DNA from: the human T2T-CHM13v2.0 reference genome, Homo sapiens
Length of the DNA: 64,000 nt
Assembly (NCBI RefSeq): GCF_009914755.1
Contig: NC_060926.1
Strand: one strand, 5' to 3'
Position 1 is the stretch's first letter. Each line of letters starts with the position of its first letter. Below the pieces are notes generated by a model. That model saw nothing but the letters and a program-made list of their open reading frames with translations, searched no databases and had not been told where the DNA came from. Positions 38,005 to 51,980 of the stretch are shown here, one piece after another. A program made the position numbers and the translations under genes.

Positions 38005-38524
38005 GGGGCAAAAAGCCACGGCGGCGGGGGACAAAAAGCCGCGGCGGCGGGGGTGCAAAGAGCCGCCGCCGGTAAATAACCGCGGCACGGTGGGCGGGGG
38101 GGGGGGGGTGGAGAGCGCAAAAAGCCGCTGCGGGCAAAAAGCCGCGGTAGCGCGGGAGCAAAAAGCCGCGGGGGAGCAAAAAGCCGAGGCCGGCAAAAAC
38201 CCGCGGCGGCAGGGGGGCAAAAAGCCGAGGCGGCGGGGGGCAAAAAGCCGAGGTGCGCAAAAAACCGCGATGGTGGGAGCGGGGGGACAAAAAGCCGCGG
38301 CGGCGGGGAGCAAAAAGCCGCGGCGGGCAAATAATCGCGGCACCGGGCGCGGTGCGGGGGAGGGGGCGGCAAAAAAGCCGCGGCGACAAAAAGTCGCGGC
38401 GGCGGTGGTGAAAAAGCCGCGGCGGTGGTGGGGGGCAAAAAGCCGCGGCGACAAAAAGTCGCGGCGGCGGGGGTGAAAAAGCTGCGGCGGTCAGGGGGCA
38501 AAAAGCCGGGTCAAGCAAAAAGCC

Positions 38525-38561
<37 letters not shown>

Positions 38562-39465
38562 GTAAAAAGCCGCGGCGGGCAGAAAGCCGCGGCGGCGGGG
38601 GGGCAAAAAGCCGCGGCGGCGGGGGGCAAGAAGCCGCGGCGGTGGGGGGGCAAAAAGCCGGGTCCAGCAAAAAGCCGCGGCGGCAAAAAGCCACGTCGGC
38701 GGGGGTGAAAAAGACGCGGGGGGCAAAAAGCCGGGTCAGGCAAAAAGCCGCGGCCGGCAAAAAGCCGCGGCGGCGGGGGACAAAAAGCCGCGGCGCCGGG
38801 GGTGCAAAAAGCCGCGGCGGGCAAATAACCGCGGCACCGGGGGCGCCAAAAAGCCGCGACGGCGTGGGGGCAAAAAGCCGGGGCGGGCAAAAAGACGCGG
38901 CGGCGGGCGGCAAAAAGCCGCGGGGGCGGGGGAGCAAAAAGCCGCGGCGGCGGGGAGCAAAAAGCCGCGGGGGCAAAAAGCCGCGGAAGGCAAAAAGCCG
39001 CGGCGGCGGGGGTCAAAAAGCCGCGGCGATGGGGGGCAATAAGCCGCGGCGGCGGGCGGCAAAAAGCTGCGGTGGTGGGGGTGCAAAAAGCCGCGGCGGG
39101 CAAAAAGCTGCGGTGGCGGGGGGGCAAAAAGCCGGGTCGGGCAAAAAGCCGCGGCGGCAGGGAACTAAAAGCCGTGGTAGGCATAAACCCGAGGCGGCGG
39201 GGGGGGCAAAAAACCGCGGTGGGGAAAAAGCCGCGGCGGCGGAGGTGCAAAAAGCCAAGGCGCGCAAAAAGCCGCGGTGGTGGGGGAGGCAAAAAAGCCG
39301 CGGCGGCGGAGAGCAAAAAGCTGCGGCGATGAGGGTCAAAAAGCCGCGGCGGCGGGGGGCAAAAAGCCGCGGCGATGAGGGTCAAAAAGCCGCCGCGGCG
39401 GGGGGCAAAAAGCCGCAGCGGCGGGGGGGGGGGGGGCAAAAAGCCGCGGCGACGCGGGGCAAAAT
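38005..39465 (+). repeat. Large pericentromeric GC-rich tandem array, same family and orientation as 8028-8612
   Basis: About 1.45 kb of caaaaagccgcggcggcggggg variants; very CpG-dense; contains (CGG)12 at 38526-38561. Confidence 0.96.
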
Positions 39466-41699
39466 AGTGGAGATGGGGTAGAAGGCCGGCACAGGTTGGC
39501 TTTGCTGGAGTGTGATGTGATAGGAAATGTGCAGCCAAAGACAAAAAAAGATGTAAGTAGGCTTGACTCATTGCAGCCAAGAACCCAGATGTTATCTTGA
39601 GGGTTTTAACTAATAAGCAGTTTAAATCAGAATGGCACATTCTGATTTGTTTTTTGTATATTCACATTTGGCAGGCATAGATACCGTTTGAAGAGAAAAA
39701 AGTCAGTAGATAGAGGTAACAAACTTAAATATGTGCCGAGTCTAGAAACAAGAGACTAGGGGGATAAGGACCTTTCGAAATAAAATGCAAGATTTGAAAA
39801 CTGATTGGCTGGGGGATGAGGAAAAGGCAGGTCTTTAAGGTCAATCCCTGTTTTGCTTTAAGTTGTTAGGGGGTGGTTTTATCATATATTGTAGAATACG
39901 TCATTTCAGTTTTGAACATCTTGAGTTAAATTGTCCTAACATATCTTATGAATTTGATTTTCTTCCCTGGGAAGCTAATATTTCAAAAACTGAAAGAGTA
40001 TATAGATTTCCAACTTGTATCCAATTTATAAAACTATCTCTAGGCTGCTGATTTCAGGAGGAGGCTCATGAATATTCTATTTGCAGAGAATATATCAGGA
40101 GTTAACATCAGCCTCAATATTTGTGGACGACCAGTTAACTAAGCCACCTCTTAGTGTATTTAGATGGGAAATCTTAGCTGAAGGTATTCAATAATGAACC
40201 AACAGTGACTAAAAAATTCAATATTTAAGTATATTTCATTGTAATTAATTTGAATTGAAGTAGCCATATACAGCTAGTATTTACTACATTGAACAATGCA
40301 AATAAGAGGAAAAAATTAATAACCATCTCTAATACCACATGCCAAAATCCTCATCAATTTATTCTAGCTAAAGGAGTTGATCAGAAGCAGCAGTTGAAAG
40401 CACCAACTAAACCAGCTGGGGTTAGTTCACTGTCATTCTCTCAGAACCATCTCTTCTCTGAACAAAACAAGTACAAGAGTTCATTGTGAATCTGCATTCT
40501 CCTTGCCTATTTTAAGGTTTTGATGTTGACACTAATTTGTGAAATCCCTCCTGTGGTGTGATATTTCGTTTTCCTTGCTTTTTGTTAGGACAAGAATGCT
40601 TCAGCTCTTAATTTAAAATTATGTTTCTCCCTCCTAGGTTGAGTGAACTTAGAATGCATTCTCTGACATATCCAAGTTTTCGTTAATATGAATTTGGGGA
40701 AAAAAGCATACTTAATTAGCTAAGACTTCTTATTCTAGGCTTGACCCTGTGTTCGACATCTATTGAATTTGTAGTTGCATGGGCTGCTCTCTGACACTGG
40801 TTACTGACCTGGAAGCTATATTAACGTTAGGGGAGGTGGTGTATGGGCATTAGAGGTATCCTTGCAAGGAAAGACTTGTCTTATCTCAATATGTCTTTTT
40901 TTTTGCACACAAGAAAGTCAGTGTTTGAGTCTTCTAAAATCTTCCTATTTCCAAGTTGCAGAGTACCATTGATTCCTAAACAAAGACCTAATTTTTGACT
41001 CAGAGACGTGGCAAGGTAGTGAATCACCATTATAATTTAACAATCTTCAAGATAAAATTATCTCTCTGATATTTAGATTTTGCCCAATTATTAAGATATT
41101 TGGGTGTTTCGTTAAGAATGGAAGACTCTAGTCTCTTGAGCAGAGACTATAAAGGCCTCAGATGATCATTTTTACTTTTATGCTCTTTTCTTTAACACCT
41201 TCAACACAGTTGGAAGCAGCCGATATTCCCCAGAGTTGTTGTGTTTTTTAAACCAAATGCATGGTTCAGTGGTAGAAAACTGGGCTGATCCAAGCTGTTT
41301 TCAGTAAACACTTCATTTCAGGTGACCTATTTCATATTAAATAATCTCTAGATCCTGTCTTCGAAACTAACTAGATCAGATAACCTACCCTGGATTTTCT
41401 CCTTTTAGGGTCTGTGAGCCGCAGTCACTTTTGTGAAAATGATCGCAATGACAAGATAGAGTTGTAGATGGGGAAAATGTTTTGACTAATTTAAGCATAG
41501 TGGTATTTCATATGAGAATTTAAGTTACACACATTTGAAAATTATAATGGAGTCTCTTGGCTGAGCTTTAAAAAAAAATAGCGTTTAGGCTAAACAGGGA
41601 ACTGCTACCTCTCCTAAAATCAGAAAGATGTCACAGTAATTCTCCATTCTCTAGAATTATCAGGAAGCACCTTTGTGATGATTTACTTCTGTTCTTGGG

Positions 41700-42655
41700 A
41701 GTGTGAGCCCGTGTAGTCTTGGAACCATCAGTTAGAATGATGGCTTTCTGATCCCAAAGTCATTCGTTCTGAAAACAATATTTTTCATAAATTTGAAAGT
41801 GAGAAGTTTTGATCTTGCCACTCCCAAGTAACTCTCTTAATAAGAGGCATCAGCATGCTTCAGTGACAGCTGTCACTTTCCAGTGCTGAGAGTCGTCTTT
41901 GAGTTCTCCATTTCACTCCCTACACTCCAATTTAGCTGCAGTTCTCTTGGCCAGTCCTATGAAATACATCCATGGCCTAACGACTTCTCACCACTACTGC
42001 CACTCATCCTGACAGCATTCTCACCTAAGTCACTACCTTTTTTCTCTGGATTAGAGTAGCCTCCCAATTTATTTGCTCACAAAACCTATTTATTCTACAC
42101 GGTGCACCAGATACACCCCTTTGAAATGCAAACACAATCATGTTATTCTCTGGTTAAATTATCTCATATATTCCTATCGCATTTAAAATTAATTCAGAAT
42201 AATCCCCTGATTATCAAAACCCTACATGCTCTTCCACAACATGGTTTACTTCCAAGATATCTCTTCAACTTTTTTTTCACTGTACTGAATTGGTGACTAA
42301 AAATCATATTTTTATTTTTGCTCAAAAAGTCTTGACTTGTAAATTTTTCAGTTTCTCCTTTATCCACAGGTAACTCTTTCCTCATAAGGCGAATTGCTTG
42401 CTTCCTTGAGTTCTGCTCTCAAAGACACCCTTCATTTTCTACCTAATATTAATAACTTTAATCATTCATTATTCCATTACTATGCTCTATAGTGTATACA
42501 ATTTCTGTTCTTTGTCATGTTATTAACTAAATTATTTATTTGTTCCAGTAACGAATTCCATAAATATTGTACACATAAAAATTATGTTATTTTTATTCCT
42601 GTATGCTCAGCTGCACAATAACAGTCTGAGGATTAACATATTTGTTAAATGCACA
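41700..42655. mobile_element. L2 remnant
   Basis: cttctcaccactactgccactc, ttgaaatgcaaacacaatcatgtt, atatttgttaaatg tail. Confidence 0.55.
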
Positions 42656-42989
42656 AATACGTTCTTTCACAAATATTAGTTTAATAATTTTATATTAAGC
42701 TCCCTCTATACTTACAATATGAATTAGATAATTGAGAATAAGCATTCCAGTGGAAAAAAACTAAACAATTTGTTGTAAAACATCCTTAAAAGCATCAGAA
42801 AGTTAATACAGCAATGAAGAATTACAGGACCAAATTAAGAATGGTATGGAAGCCTGTTTGTGAGGCTTATGTTTGGGTTATCTCTTTACTTAGAGAGACT
42901 ATAAATCTCAAAAGAGGATTAAAGGGAGAAATAACCATATCAACTCACATGGTAAGGGTATGCAAACATCTCTTAGTAATGGAGAAAAT

Positions 42990-43135
42990 TGAAAGAAAAG
43001 AAAAAAGAGAAAGGGAGAAAGAGAAACAGAGCGAAAGGGATAATGAAGGAGAGAAAGAAGAAGAGAAGGGAAGAGGAAGAAAAGTAAAAAGGAGGAGGAG
43101 GGAGAGGGAGGAAGAAAGAAAGGTGAAAAGAAAGA
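42990..43135. repeat. GA-rich low-complexity tract
   Basis: Almost pure purine run. Confidence 0.85.
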
Positions 43136-43179
43136 ATGCTAAAGTTTTCAACAACATAATTTATCCTTCCAGAATATGA

Positions 43180-44690
43180 ATGTCGGTCTATTTGATGATG
43201 TCCCACAGATTCCTTAGTCTCTGCTCATTTTTTATCTGTTTCTCAGAGTCAATATTTTCCATTTTCTTATCTTCAAGCTCATGACTTCTTCTGTGTATGC
43301 AAATATACTCTTAAATCCCTCTGGTGATTTTTAAATTTTTATCGTTGTAGTTTTCCACTCCAGAATTTCTGCTATCTCTGTTGATATTCCTACTTTTTAA
43401 TATTTTTTCTGAATCCTTTATTTCTTCGTTTATGTTTTCCTTGTGACATTTGAGTATAATTAAGAGAGTTGTTTTAAAGTCTTTGTCTAGTAAGTTTGAA
43501 GTCTGGGTTTCCTTAGAGATATTTTCTGTCAGTTTGTTTTGTTCCTTTGAATGAGCCATACTTTCCCGTTCTTTGTATGCCATGTAACTTTTTTTGAAAA
43601 CTGGGCATTATAATAATTATAATTACTATGTGGTTACTCTGTGAATCAGACCCTCCCCCACAAACACAGTAATGTTTTGGGGTTTTAAATTTTCTTTACT
43701 TATTATATTGTTAAGGATTTTTTTTTTTTAGTGAAATTTTCCAAAGTGATTTACAAAACTGTTTGCTTTATAAGGTGTGGTCACGGAAGTCTTTTTGTTT
43801 CCTTAACAAATGTTAAGCTAATGTTTTGACAGTGATTTTCTTGTATGTCAGGAAGTAAGCAAACAGGCAAATACAACAAAAACAAAAAGAAAAACAAGTA
43901 ATCATTGTCCAGCAAAATATGTCTCTAGGCCATGCAGACTGGCTTTGTGCTGGGTTCTTTAAAGCCGGCACAAAGTGTGTGTTCACTCTTGCACTGAGTG
44001 AAGTTCAAGTTCACTCTTGCACAGAGCTTGCACTGAGGGGAGGGATCGGCCAAGGTAAAAGTGTAGGGTCTTCTTATGACATTTGTCAGCATGTGGCTTA
44101 ACCTATGCATGCATGTGACTTTCTAGACTCTCCCATGTACGTGAATGATTTTGAATGTCTTAGTTTTCCAAATACTCTTCTCCAACTTTTCTTCCTGTGC
44201 TGAAGATGATCTACTATATGTGTAAACTCTAATTTTTGCCCTAAGCATCTGTGGTTTGTTAGGTCTCCTTGCAGAGTCTCTCGATAATGTCCATTCCTTA
44301 TCTGATCTGTATTCTAGCAACACAGAAAAACAAAAGCCTTTCATGAGTCCTTTAGGTATCCCCCAGACCAGTCAGAACAGACACATAGTAATTTGCAGGT
44401 AAGATCTTCTCTTGTTCCTTTGGACCATGGACCAGTGTTCCTCACTGGGAACGTGGGCTTCTGCCACTTCAAAACTGCCAATTTGCTGGGGCAAAGGCAA
44501 GTTAAAAATGTCATAAAGTTTTCAAGTTGTCTTTTTCTTGAGTCTGCTTTCACTCGGTTGTTGTAATCTTTAGACTATTTTCCAGAGTTTTGACAAAGTT
44601 TATTCAGACAGTTTCTCTTAGTTGTGTGATGTTTCTGTGGGGAAATGACAGATTGCAGCTGTCTCCACTGTCATTTTGCTGATGCTCCTC
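43180..44690 (-). mobile_element. Old L1M 5'UTR and ORF1 N-terminus
   Basis: ORF 43311..43583 ESMAHSKEQNKLTENISKETQTSNLLDKDFKTTLL is L1M ORF1-like. Confidence 0.75.
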
Positions 44691-44737
44691 TTTTGTCAAT
44701 TTTTGCTTCGTGTTATTATGCTTTGTTATTAGTTCAT

Positions 44738-45150
44738 GTATTAGTTTTCTAGGGCTGCCATAACCAAGTAACACAAACTGGGTGCCATGAACAACATACA
44801 TTTATAGTCTTATAGTCCTGGAAGCTAAAAGTCTGAGATTGAGGTGTCAGCAGGGATGGTCCCTTCCAGGGCTATGAGAGAAAGCCTGTTCTATGCCTTG
44901 TTTCTCACTTCTGATGGTTTAGTGGCAGTCTTTGGCATTCCTTGGCTAATCTCTGCCCTCATAATCACATGGTACTCTCCCTGTGTGTATGTCTCCCTCT
45001 ACTCAAATTTCTTCTTTTAATAAGGACATCAGTCATACTGAATTCAGGCTCATCTGATTGTATCTTAACTTGATCAGCTGCAAAGAACCTATTTCCTAAT
45101 GAGGTCATATTCAGTGGTTGGAATTGCAGCATCTATATAGAGGAAACAAT
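44738..45150 (-). mobile_element. MaLR LTR (MLT1B/C-like)
   Basis: tgtattagttttctagggctgccataacc ... taaggacatcagtcata ... ctgcaaagaacctatttcc. Confidence 0.85.
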
Positions 45151-45835
45151 TTAGCTCATATCTGTGCATACATGATTGTAATAGCTATGTCTTCCTAAAG
45201 CGTTGACCCCCTTTTTACTACAATATAAATTTTTAAAATCCTATTCACATTTTTAATAGTCTATATTGTGTGTTATGAGTATAATGAGTTCAGTGTTCTT
45301 ATGATTGCTCTTTGCATGATATTTTTTTGTCATCTTTTTACTTTCAATCCATTAGTATCCTTGCATCTCAGCGTATATTGGGATCACTTGTTTTAATCCA
45401 GTCTGACAATCTCTGCCTCTGGAATGGATTTTAATCTGCTCACATTTAAGATTATAATGGGTATAATTCTATTTATGTCTGCCATTTTACCGTTTGTTTT
45501 ATATATTTCTCAAATATTTTTCTTTATTGCTTTATTTTGCAATGAAAGAATATTTTCTAAAATAGGGAACTTTAGATTACTAATGAATTATTTTATTATA
45601 TATTTTTGAGAATGTTTGTTGTTGTTGTAAGTTTACCATATAGGTATATGGAAAATTAATTATTCAAATCATCTTCCAATTTATACTAGTAAACTTTTAG
45701 TAATACATAGAAACATCATTCTTATATAAATCTCTTTTATTTCCTCCATTTTAAAGTATTATCACTTTACACATTACATCTATTAAAGTTACAAAGCCAA
45801 CAATACATTTTAGTAATTATTACTTTACCATCTAG

Positions 45836-46256
<421 letters not shown>

Positions 46257-47914
46257 ATTATACACATGTTATTTAATAAACAATTTATGATAAAGAGAAA
46301 AAATGCATTTTTACTGTCTTTTATAATGTCAATATTACCTATACCAGTGCTTTTTTAAAAATGTGGATTCAAGTGACTGTCTTCTGTAACTTGCTTTTAG
46401 CCTTAGGAATTTATTTTAGAGTTTTTTTTTTTTTTAATGTGGTAGGTCTGCCAGCAACAACTTCAGCTAATATTTCTGTTTATCTGGGTAAGTCTTTGTG
46501 TTATCTTCATTTTTGAAAAATAATTGCTGGATAAGGAATTCGTGGCTGAGAGTTTTTTTTCCTTTGCATCTTTTGAATATATTATTCTACTGCCTCTTGC
46601 CTTCCATTGTTTCTCTTAAGTCAGCTGTTAATCTTACAAAACATAGGTGCTCAAAAAATAAACATGTGCATGAATATTTACAGCAGTAATATTCATACAG
46701 TCAAAAAGTGGAAACAATCCATATGCTTGTTGACTCATAACTGGACACCAAATTTTCAGCTATAACAAAGAATGAAGTACTTATATATGGTATAATATTG
46801 GTGAAATTTGAAAGCATTATGTTAAGTGCACAAAAGGACAAATATTGCTTGATTTTATTCACATGAAACATCAGGAATTGGCAAATCAATTGGGATGTAA
46901 ATTAGATTAGTGGTCATTAGGGCTCAGGGAAGCAGAATAGGGTGTAACCACTTTATGCATAATGGGATTTTGGAAGGGACATGATGAAATTGCCCTGGAA
47001 CATTGTGAATATACTAAAAGCAAGTGCATTGTATGCTTTAAAATGGTTGTTATTAATTTTATATTATGTGATTTTTACCTTAAAAAAAGAGAAAATAGCC
47101 TTACTCTATACATAATAAACTCAAGATATGTTACAAATTTACATGTGAAATCCGAAATACTATAATATTTAAGGAATAGCTAAGTAGAATAACACTGAAA
47201 TTTAACATAATGAAACATTTCCTTAAAAAAGAAAAAAAGCACAGTAATTAAAAAGGAAAATAATATTTTTTCTCTCCATTAAGCATGCCATTAACTGAGT
47301 ATAAAATCAAGCTGCAATTATGTAAACTACATTTTCTAAAACCATAAAGAAAAGAAGAAATAAAAAGGTATTTGGGAAAAAAATCCAAAGGTACAGTCAA
47401 CTACACAAAAAAAGCTTAGTCTCATTAATCATTATGGAAATGCAAATGGTAACTGAAAGAAGATAAAACTACAATTCAAAGAGAAAGCCTAAAATTTCAA
47501 CCCCCCAAAAAGTCTGGGTTTTGGAGATCTGGGATGGAATAGGGTTCCTAACCTGACAACAATGAAAGAACCAAACTAACTTCAAAGTCATGACTTTATT
47601 TTTATAGCAACGAGGTTGCCAAGAACTGAGTCAAAATGTGAGGGAAAACAAGCACCTGCAAGGAGAAAGAGGACAGATGCACTTACATAGGACAGATGCA
47701 AATAGACACCACTATGACAAGTAAAGCTGGAATAATCAATAAATTCCTAAAGACAAAGTGGGGCTGGTCAGATTGGGAGACCGCTGACAGCTGCAAAAGT
47801 TGGGAAAGATCCATCATCTTGAAAACTTTTTCTCCACAAACCCACTATGATCTCTCAAGCAATTGGTAAGGAATCCAAGAGAGTCTGTATATGATACAGA
47901 TCAGGGAGAGCAGA

Positions 47915-48195
47915 ACACTTGGGAGGTGACCAGGTCTTGGGGGCCGAGCCCTTATGAATCGGATTAGTGCCTTTATAAAAGAAGCTCAATGGAGTTCTTG
48001 TGTGCCTTCCACTGTGTGAGGACATAGAAAGAAGGCACCATCTATGAACCATGAAATGGGCTCTCATCAACACTGAATTTGGGAGCATCTTGACCTGAGA
48101 TCTTACAGCCTCAAGAAGTGTGAAAAAAGAAATATCTGTTGTTTTTTAGTCACCCAGTTTATGTTATTTTGTTATAAGAGTCCAAATAGACCAAG
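47915..48195 (+). mobile_element. MaLR LTR (MLT1A/MST-like)
   Basis: ggattagtgcctttataaaaga, gtgaggacatagaaagaaggcaccatctatgaacca. Confidence 0.8.
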
Positions 48196-48429
48196 ATATT
48201 CCACTTAATATGTAGGGGAAGGCAACAAAAACTGCCACACTTAGAATACTCCTGATGATTGGGAGTATGAAAACAGGAAAAACAAAACAAAACTGCTCTT
48301 GAAGGTGAAGGAGGAATATCACTGAGCTCACCAACACAGCCAGGAAAAGAACAGAAGTGTGAGAAGGCTACATTCCTGAGACCCTGAGAAAAAGTACCTG
48401 CATAAGACAGAGATGAAATTACCTACTCT

Positions 48430-49075
48430 AGTTATGATTGAAATCCCAAAAAGAAAACAGGGAAAAATAGTGGAGCAAAAGAAATATTTTTCAAAATAAC
48501 TGCCAAAAATATTCTAAAAGAAGTGACAGAAAATCAAACTTCAGATATAGAAAACTCAGAGAATGTCAAATAGAACAAAAAGAAATAAGAATTCCATCTT
48601 GAAACATCTTTGAAAAATCTTTAAAAAATCAAGTCTAAATTTTATATCTTGCTCCAAATATATAGAGATATAAATAGGTTATCATCAAGATATGGAGAAA
48701 GCCATATCATGGAAACACTAAAATAAGGCTGTGGAAGGACTACATTGATATTAGACACAACAGAGTTCGGAACAAGAAATAGTATCAGAGATGAGAGATA
48801 ATAGATAATAGAATAATCAATTCTCAAGAAGATGTAAACATCCTACTAATTAGGGTATGCAGCTAACAACAGAGCCTCCAAATACGTGAGGTAAAACATG
48901 AAAGAAATCAAAGGTGAACTAGAAAAATCCAAAATTATATTTGCAGACTTCAACACTTTCGTCTTAGTAATGGAAAGACTAGGCACAAACTCAGTAATCA
49001 TGTGGAAGATAAGAACAACAATATCACCAACAAGACATCCAATCTTCAATGGCAGATACTCTTTCCTTTCAAGTG
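48430..49075 (+). mobile_element. Old L1 ORF1/ORF2-endonuclease fragment
   Basis: MKEIKGELEKSKIIFADFNT resembles the L1 endonuclease TIIVGDFNT motif. Confidence 0.7.
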
Positions 49076-49134
49076 AAAAAAAAAAAAACAGTATGGCATA
49101 TTCTCTAACAAACACAGAATTTCTAATATTTGTG

Positions 49135-49765
49135 GTTTTCCTTCCTTCTTTCCATCTTCCTTTGTCTTCTCTTCCCTTCCCTTGCCTTCTTCCTTCCTTT
49201 CTTCTTTTCCTCTTCCTTTTCTTTTCTTTTTTCTTTTCCTTTCTTTCTTTTTCTTTTTTTCTCCTTCCTTCCTTCTTTCCTTCTTTCTTTCTTTCCTCTT
49301 ATTCTTCCTTCCCTCCTCCCTCCCTTCCTTTCTCCCTCCCTTTTCTTCCTTCTTTTCTCATATTCTTTCTTTCTCACGTTCTTGCTTTCTTTCCTTTTTT
49401 CTCCCTTCCTCCCGCCCTCCTTTTCTTCCTTCCTCCCTCCCTTCCTTTCCTCTTTTTCCTTCCTTCCTTCCTTCGCCTCTTTATTTTCTTTGTTTCTTTG
49501 CCTTCCTCCCTTTTACCATTCTCTCTTCCTCCTTTTCTTCCTCCCTTCCTCCTTTCTTTCTTTCTCTCTTTCTCTTTCTTTCTTTCTTTCCTTCCTTCTT
49601 TCTTTCTTGTGTTCATGTTTTCTTTTTTCTCCCTTCCTGCCTTTCTCCCTTCCTCCCTCCCTCCCTTCCTTCCCTCATTTCCTCCTTCTTTTCCTTCTTC
49701 TTTCTTTCCTTCCTTCCTTTCCTTCCTTCTTTTTCTTTCTTTGTTTTCTTTTCTTTCTTTCTCTT
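49135..49765. repeat. About 630-bp polypyrimidine (CTTC/CTTT) low-complexity tract
   Basis: Nearly all C/T on the plus strand. Confidence 0.93.
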
Positions 49766-49857
49766 TACTACAATTCATATTATTTTAAAAAAATTAAGAC
49801 AGGGAGACAGAAAAATAAAGAACGCTTTAATCTGCAGGTTAAATAGATTATGTCTGC

Positions 49858-50672
49858 TGTAGGCAAAAGAATGGCCTCCCAAAAATTTTCATGTCCTAAT
49901 TCCCAGAGTCTAACATACAAATATGTTAGGTTGCACGGCAGTGTGAAATTAGATTTCAAGTGAAATTAAGGTTGCGGAAAAATGATAGAGAGATTGTCTT
50001 AAATGGGTGGGATCAATGAAATCACAAACTTCCTTATAAGTGAAAGAAGAAGACAGAAGAAAGGCAACCTTGTAGGTGGTGGCATGAGAAATTACTCAAC
50101 ATCACTGACTTTTAAGATACAAGAATGAGGACCCAGCGCAGTGGCTCACGCCTAATCCCAGCACTTTGGGAGGCTGGGGTGGGTGGATCACGAGGTCAGG
50201 AGATCGAGACCATCCTGGGTAACATGGTGAAACCCCATCCCTACTAAAAATACAAAAAATTAACTGGGCATGGTGGCAAGTGCCTGTAGTCCAAGCTACT
50301 CAGGAAGCTGAGGCAGAAGAATCACTTGAACCCGGGAGGCAGAGGTTGCAGTGAGCTGAGATCATGCCACTGCACTCCAGCCTGGGTGAAAGAAGGAGAC
50401 TCCATCTCAAAAAAAAAAAAAAAAAAAAGAAAAGAAAAATAGGATATAAGAATGAGGTCATGTTCCAAGGAATAAAGGTGGCCTCTGGATGCTGGAAAAA
50501 ATCAAGTAATAGATTCTGCCACATAGCCCTCAGAAAGACTGCAGCCCTGCCCAAAACTTGATGTTAACCCTGTGAGTTTCATTCAAGTCTTCTGAACTAC
50601 AGAACTGTAGGATTAACGGTCACTTTATTGTAAGATATGAAGTTTGTGGTAATTGGTTACAGCAGCAAGAGG
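49858..50672 (+). mobile_element. MLT1 LTR split by an Alu (S/Y type, 50130-50437)
   Basis: tgtaggcaaaagaatggcc start, gtggtaattggttacagcagcaagaggaa end; Alu TSD-like gatacaagaatgagg/gatataagaatgagg. Confidence 0.85.
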
Positions 50673-51663
50673 AAGTTTATATTGTAATTGTATCATGAAA
50701 ATGAGAACCATAATTTACAACTGCTTTTAATACTGCACTTGGATGTTTGAAATCACGTACATGGAAATGATCTCTATGTGCATGAGGGAGGATAGCAAAT
50801 TGATGCCAAAATAATGCAAATGCAAATCTTACACTCATTTCTATGTAGGTTTCATTTAATCTTTGAAATTAAAATGAAATTAAAAGATTGTGATATTTTG
50901 ATGAAGTTAGACTAAAATGAACAATAACAAAATAAGAACTCACTTATATTCTTTATATGGTCAATAAAGAAGTGATAGTGGAAAAAAACAAGATCAAATG
51001 AAGGTGATGATTTAGGAAGTTGGAAAGATAGCTGAAACTACAAAATGGTATATAACCAGTGAACACTTAGACACACTGATTGATGAACTTCAGCTTTTGG
51101 CTTGGTGAGAGCATAAAATGAGAGCAGCTGAGGTTTGCAAATTTGTAATCTCCTTGTGGAAAAACAGGGGAAAACACATCTCAGCCTAATAAGATTTATC
51201 TACTAAAGAGTCTAGACTTGATCCATTTGTCCTTGTAATTCAAAAGCTAATTCAAATACTGATTTGATGTATTGTGTGAACAACCATTGCTGATTATCAT
51301 TGCATACCTGGCATTCTCTTTTATCTGATATCTAAAATATTTGGTAATTCCTGGACTTTCTCTTTTCAAACCCAGTACGGTTTAATTGGAGTCTTAGAAC
51401 AGTTGTCTTTGAGAAATTCTTCCCTCTACTGCATCTGTGAATGGGCATAGCATGGTTACATACATACTGTCACTCCATAGAACATTTGTTAAATTAAAGC
51501 CAAAGTTTAAAGCAAGAGCTTTAACTTACTGGTTTTACTAATGTTTTCCTCCCCAATAGCCACCACAATATTGATACACTCACACCTTTTAACATAAAGC
51601 TTGGTGTTGTCTATTTTTCAGGTGCTGTCATCTATATGATCTCAGTATTTTAAAAATCAGCTT

Positions 51664-51980
<317 letters not shown>

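Noticed and set aside
38005-39465. Repeat-spacer look resembling a CRISPR array
   Set aside because: Eukaryotic context, no unique spacers, no cas genes
37931-39640. 569-aa minus and 279-aa plus Arg/Lys/Gly/Pro-rich ORFs (also 8000-8595)
   Set aside because: Artefact of a tandem repeat with few T on one strand and few A on the other, so most frames lack stops
48898-49862. 200-296-aa Phe/Leu/Ser-rich ORFs and Lys/Arg/Glu-rich antisense ORFs
   Set aside because: Translation of the polypyrimidine tract fused to an L1 fragment
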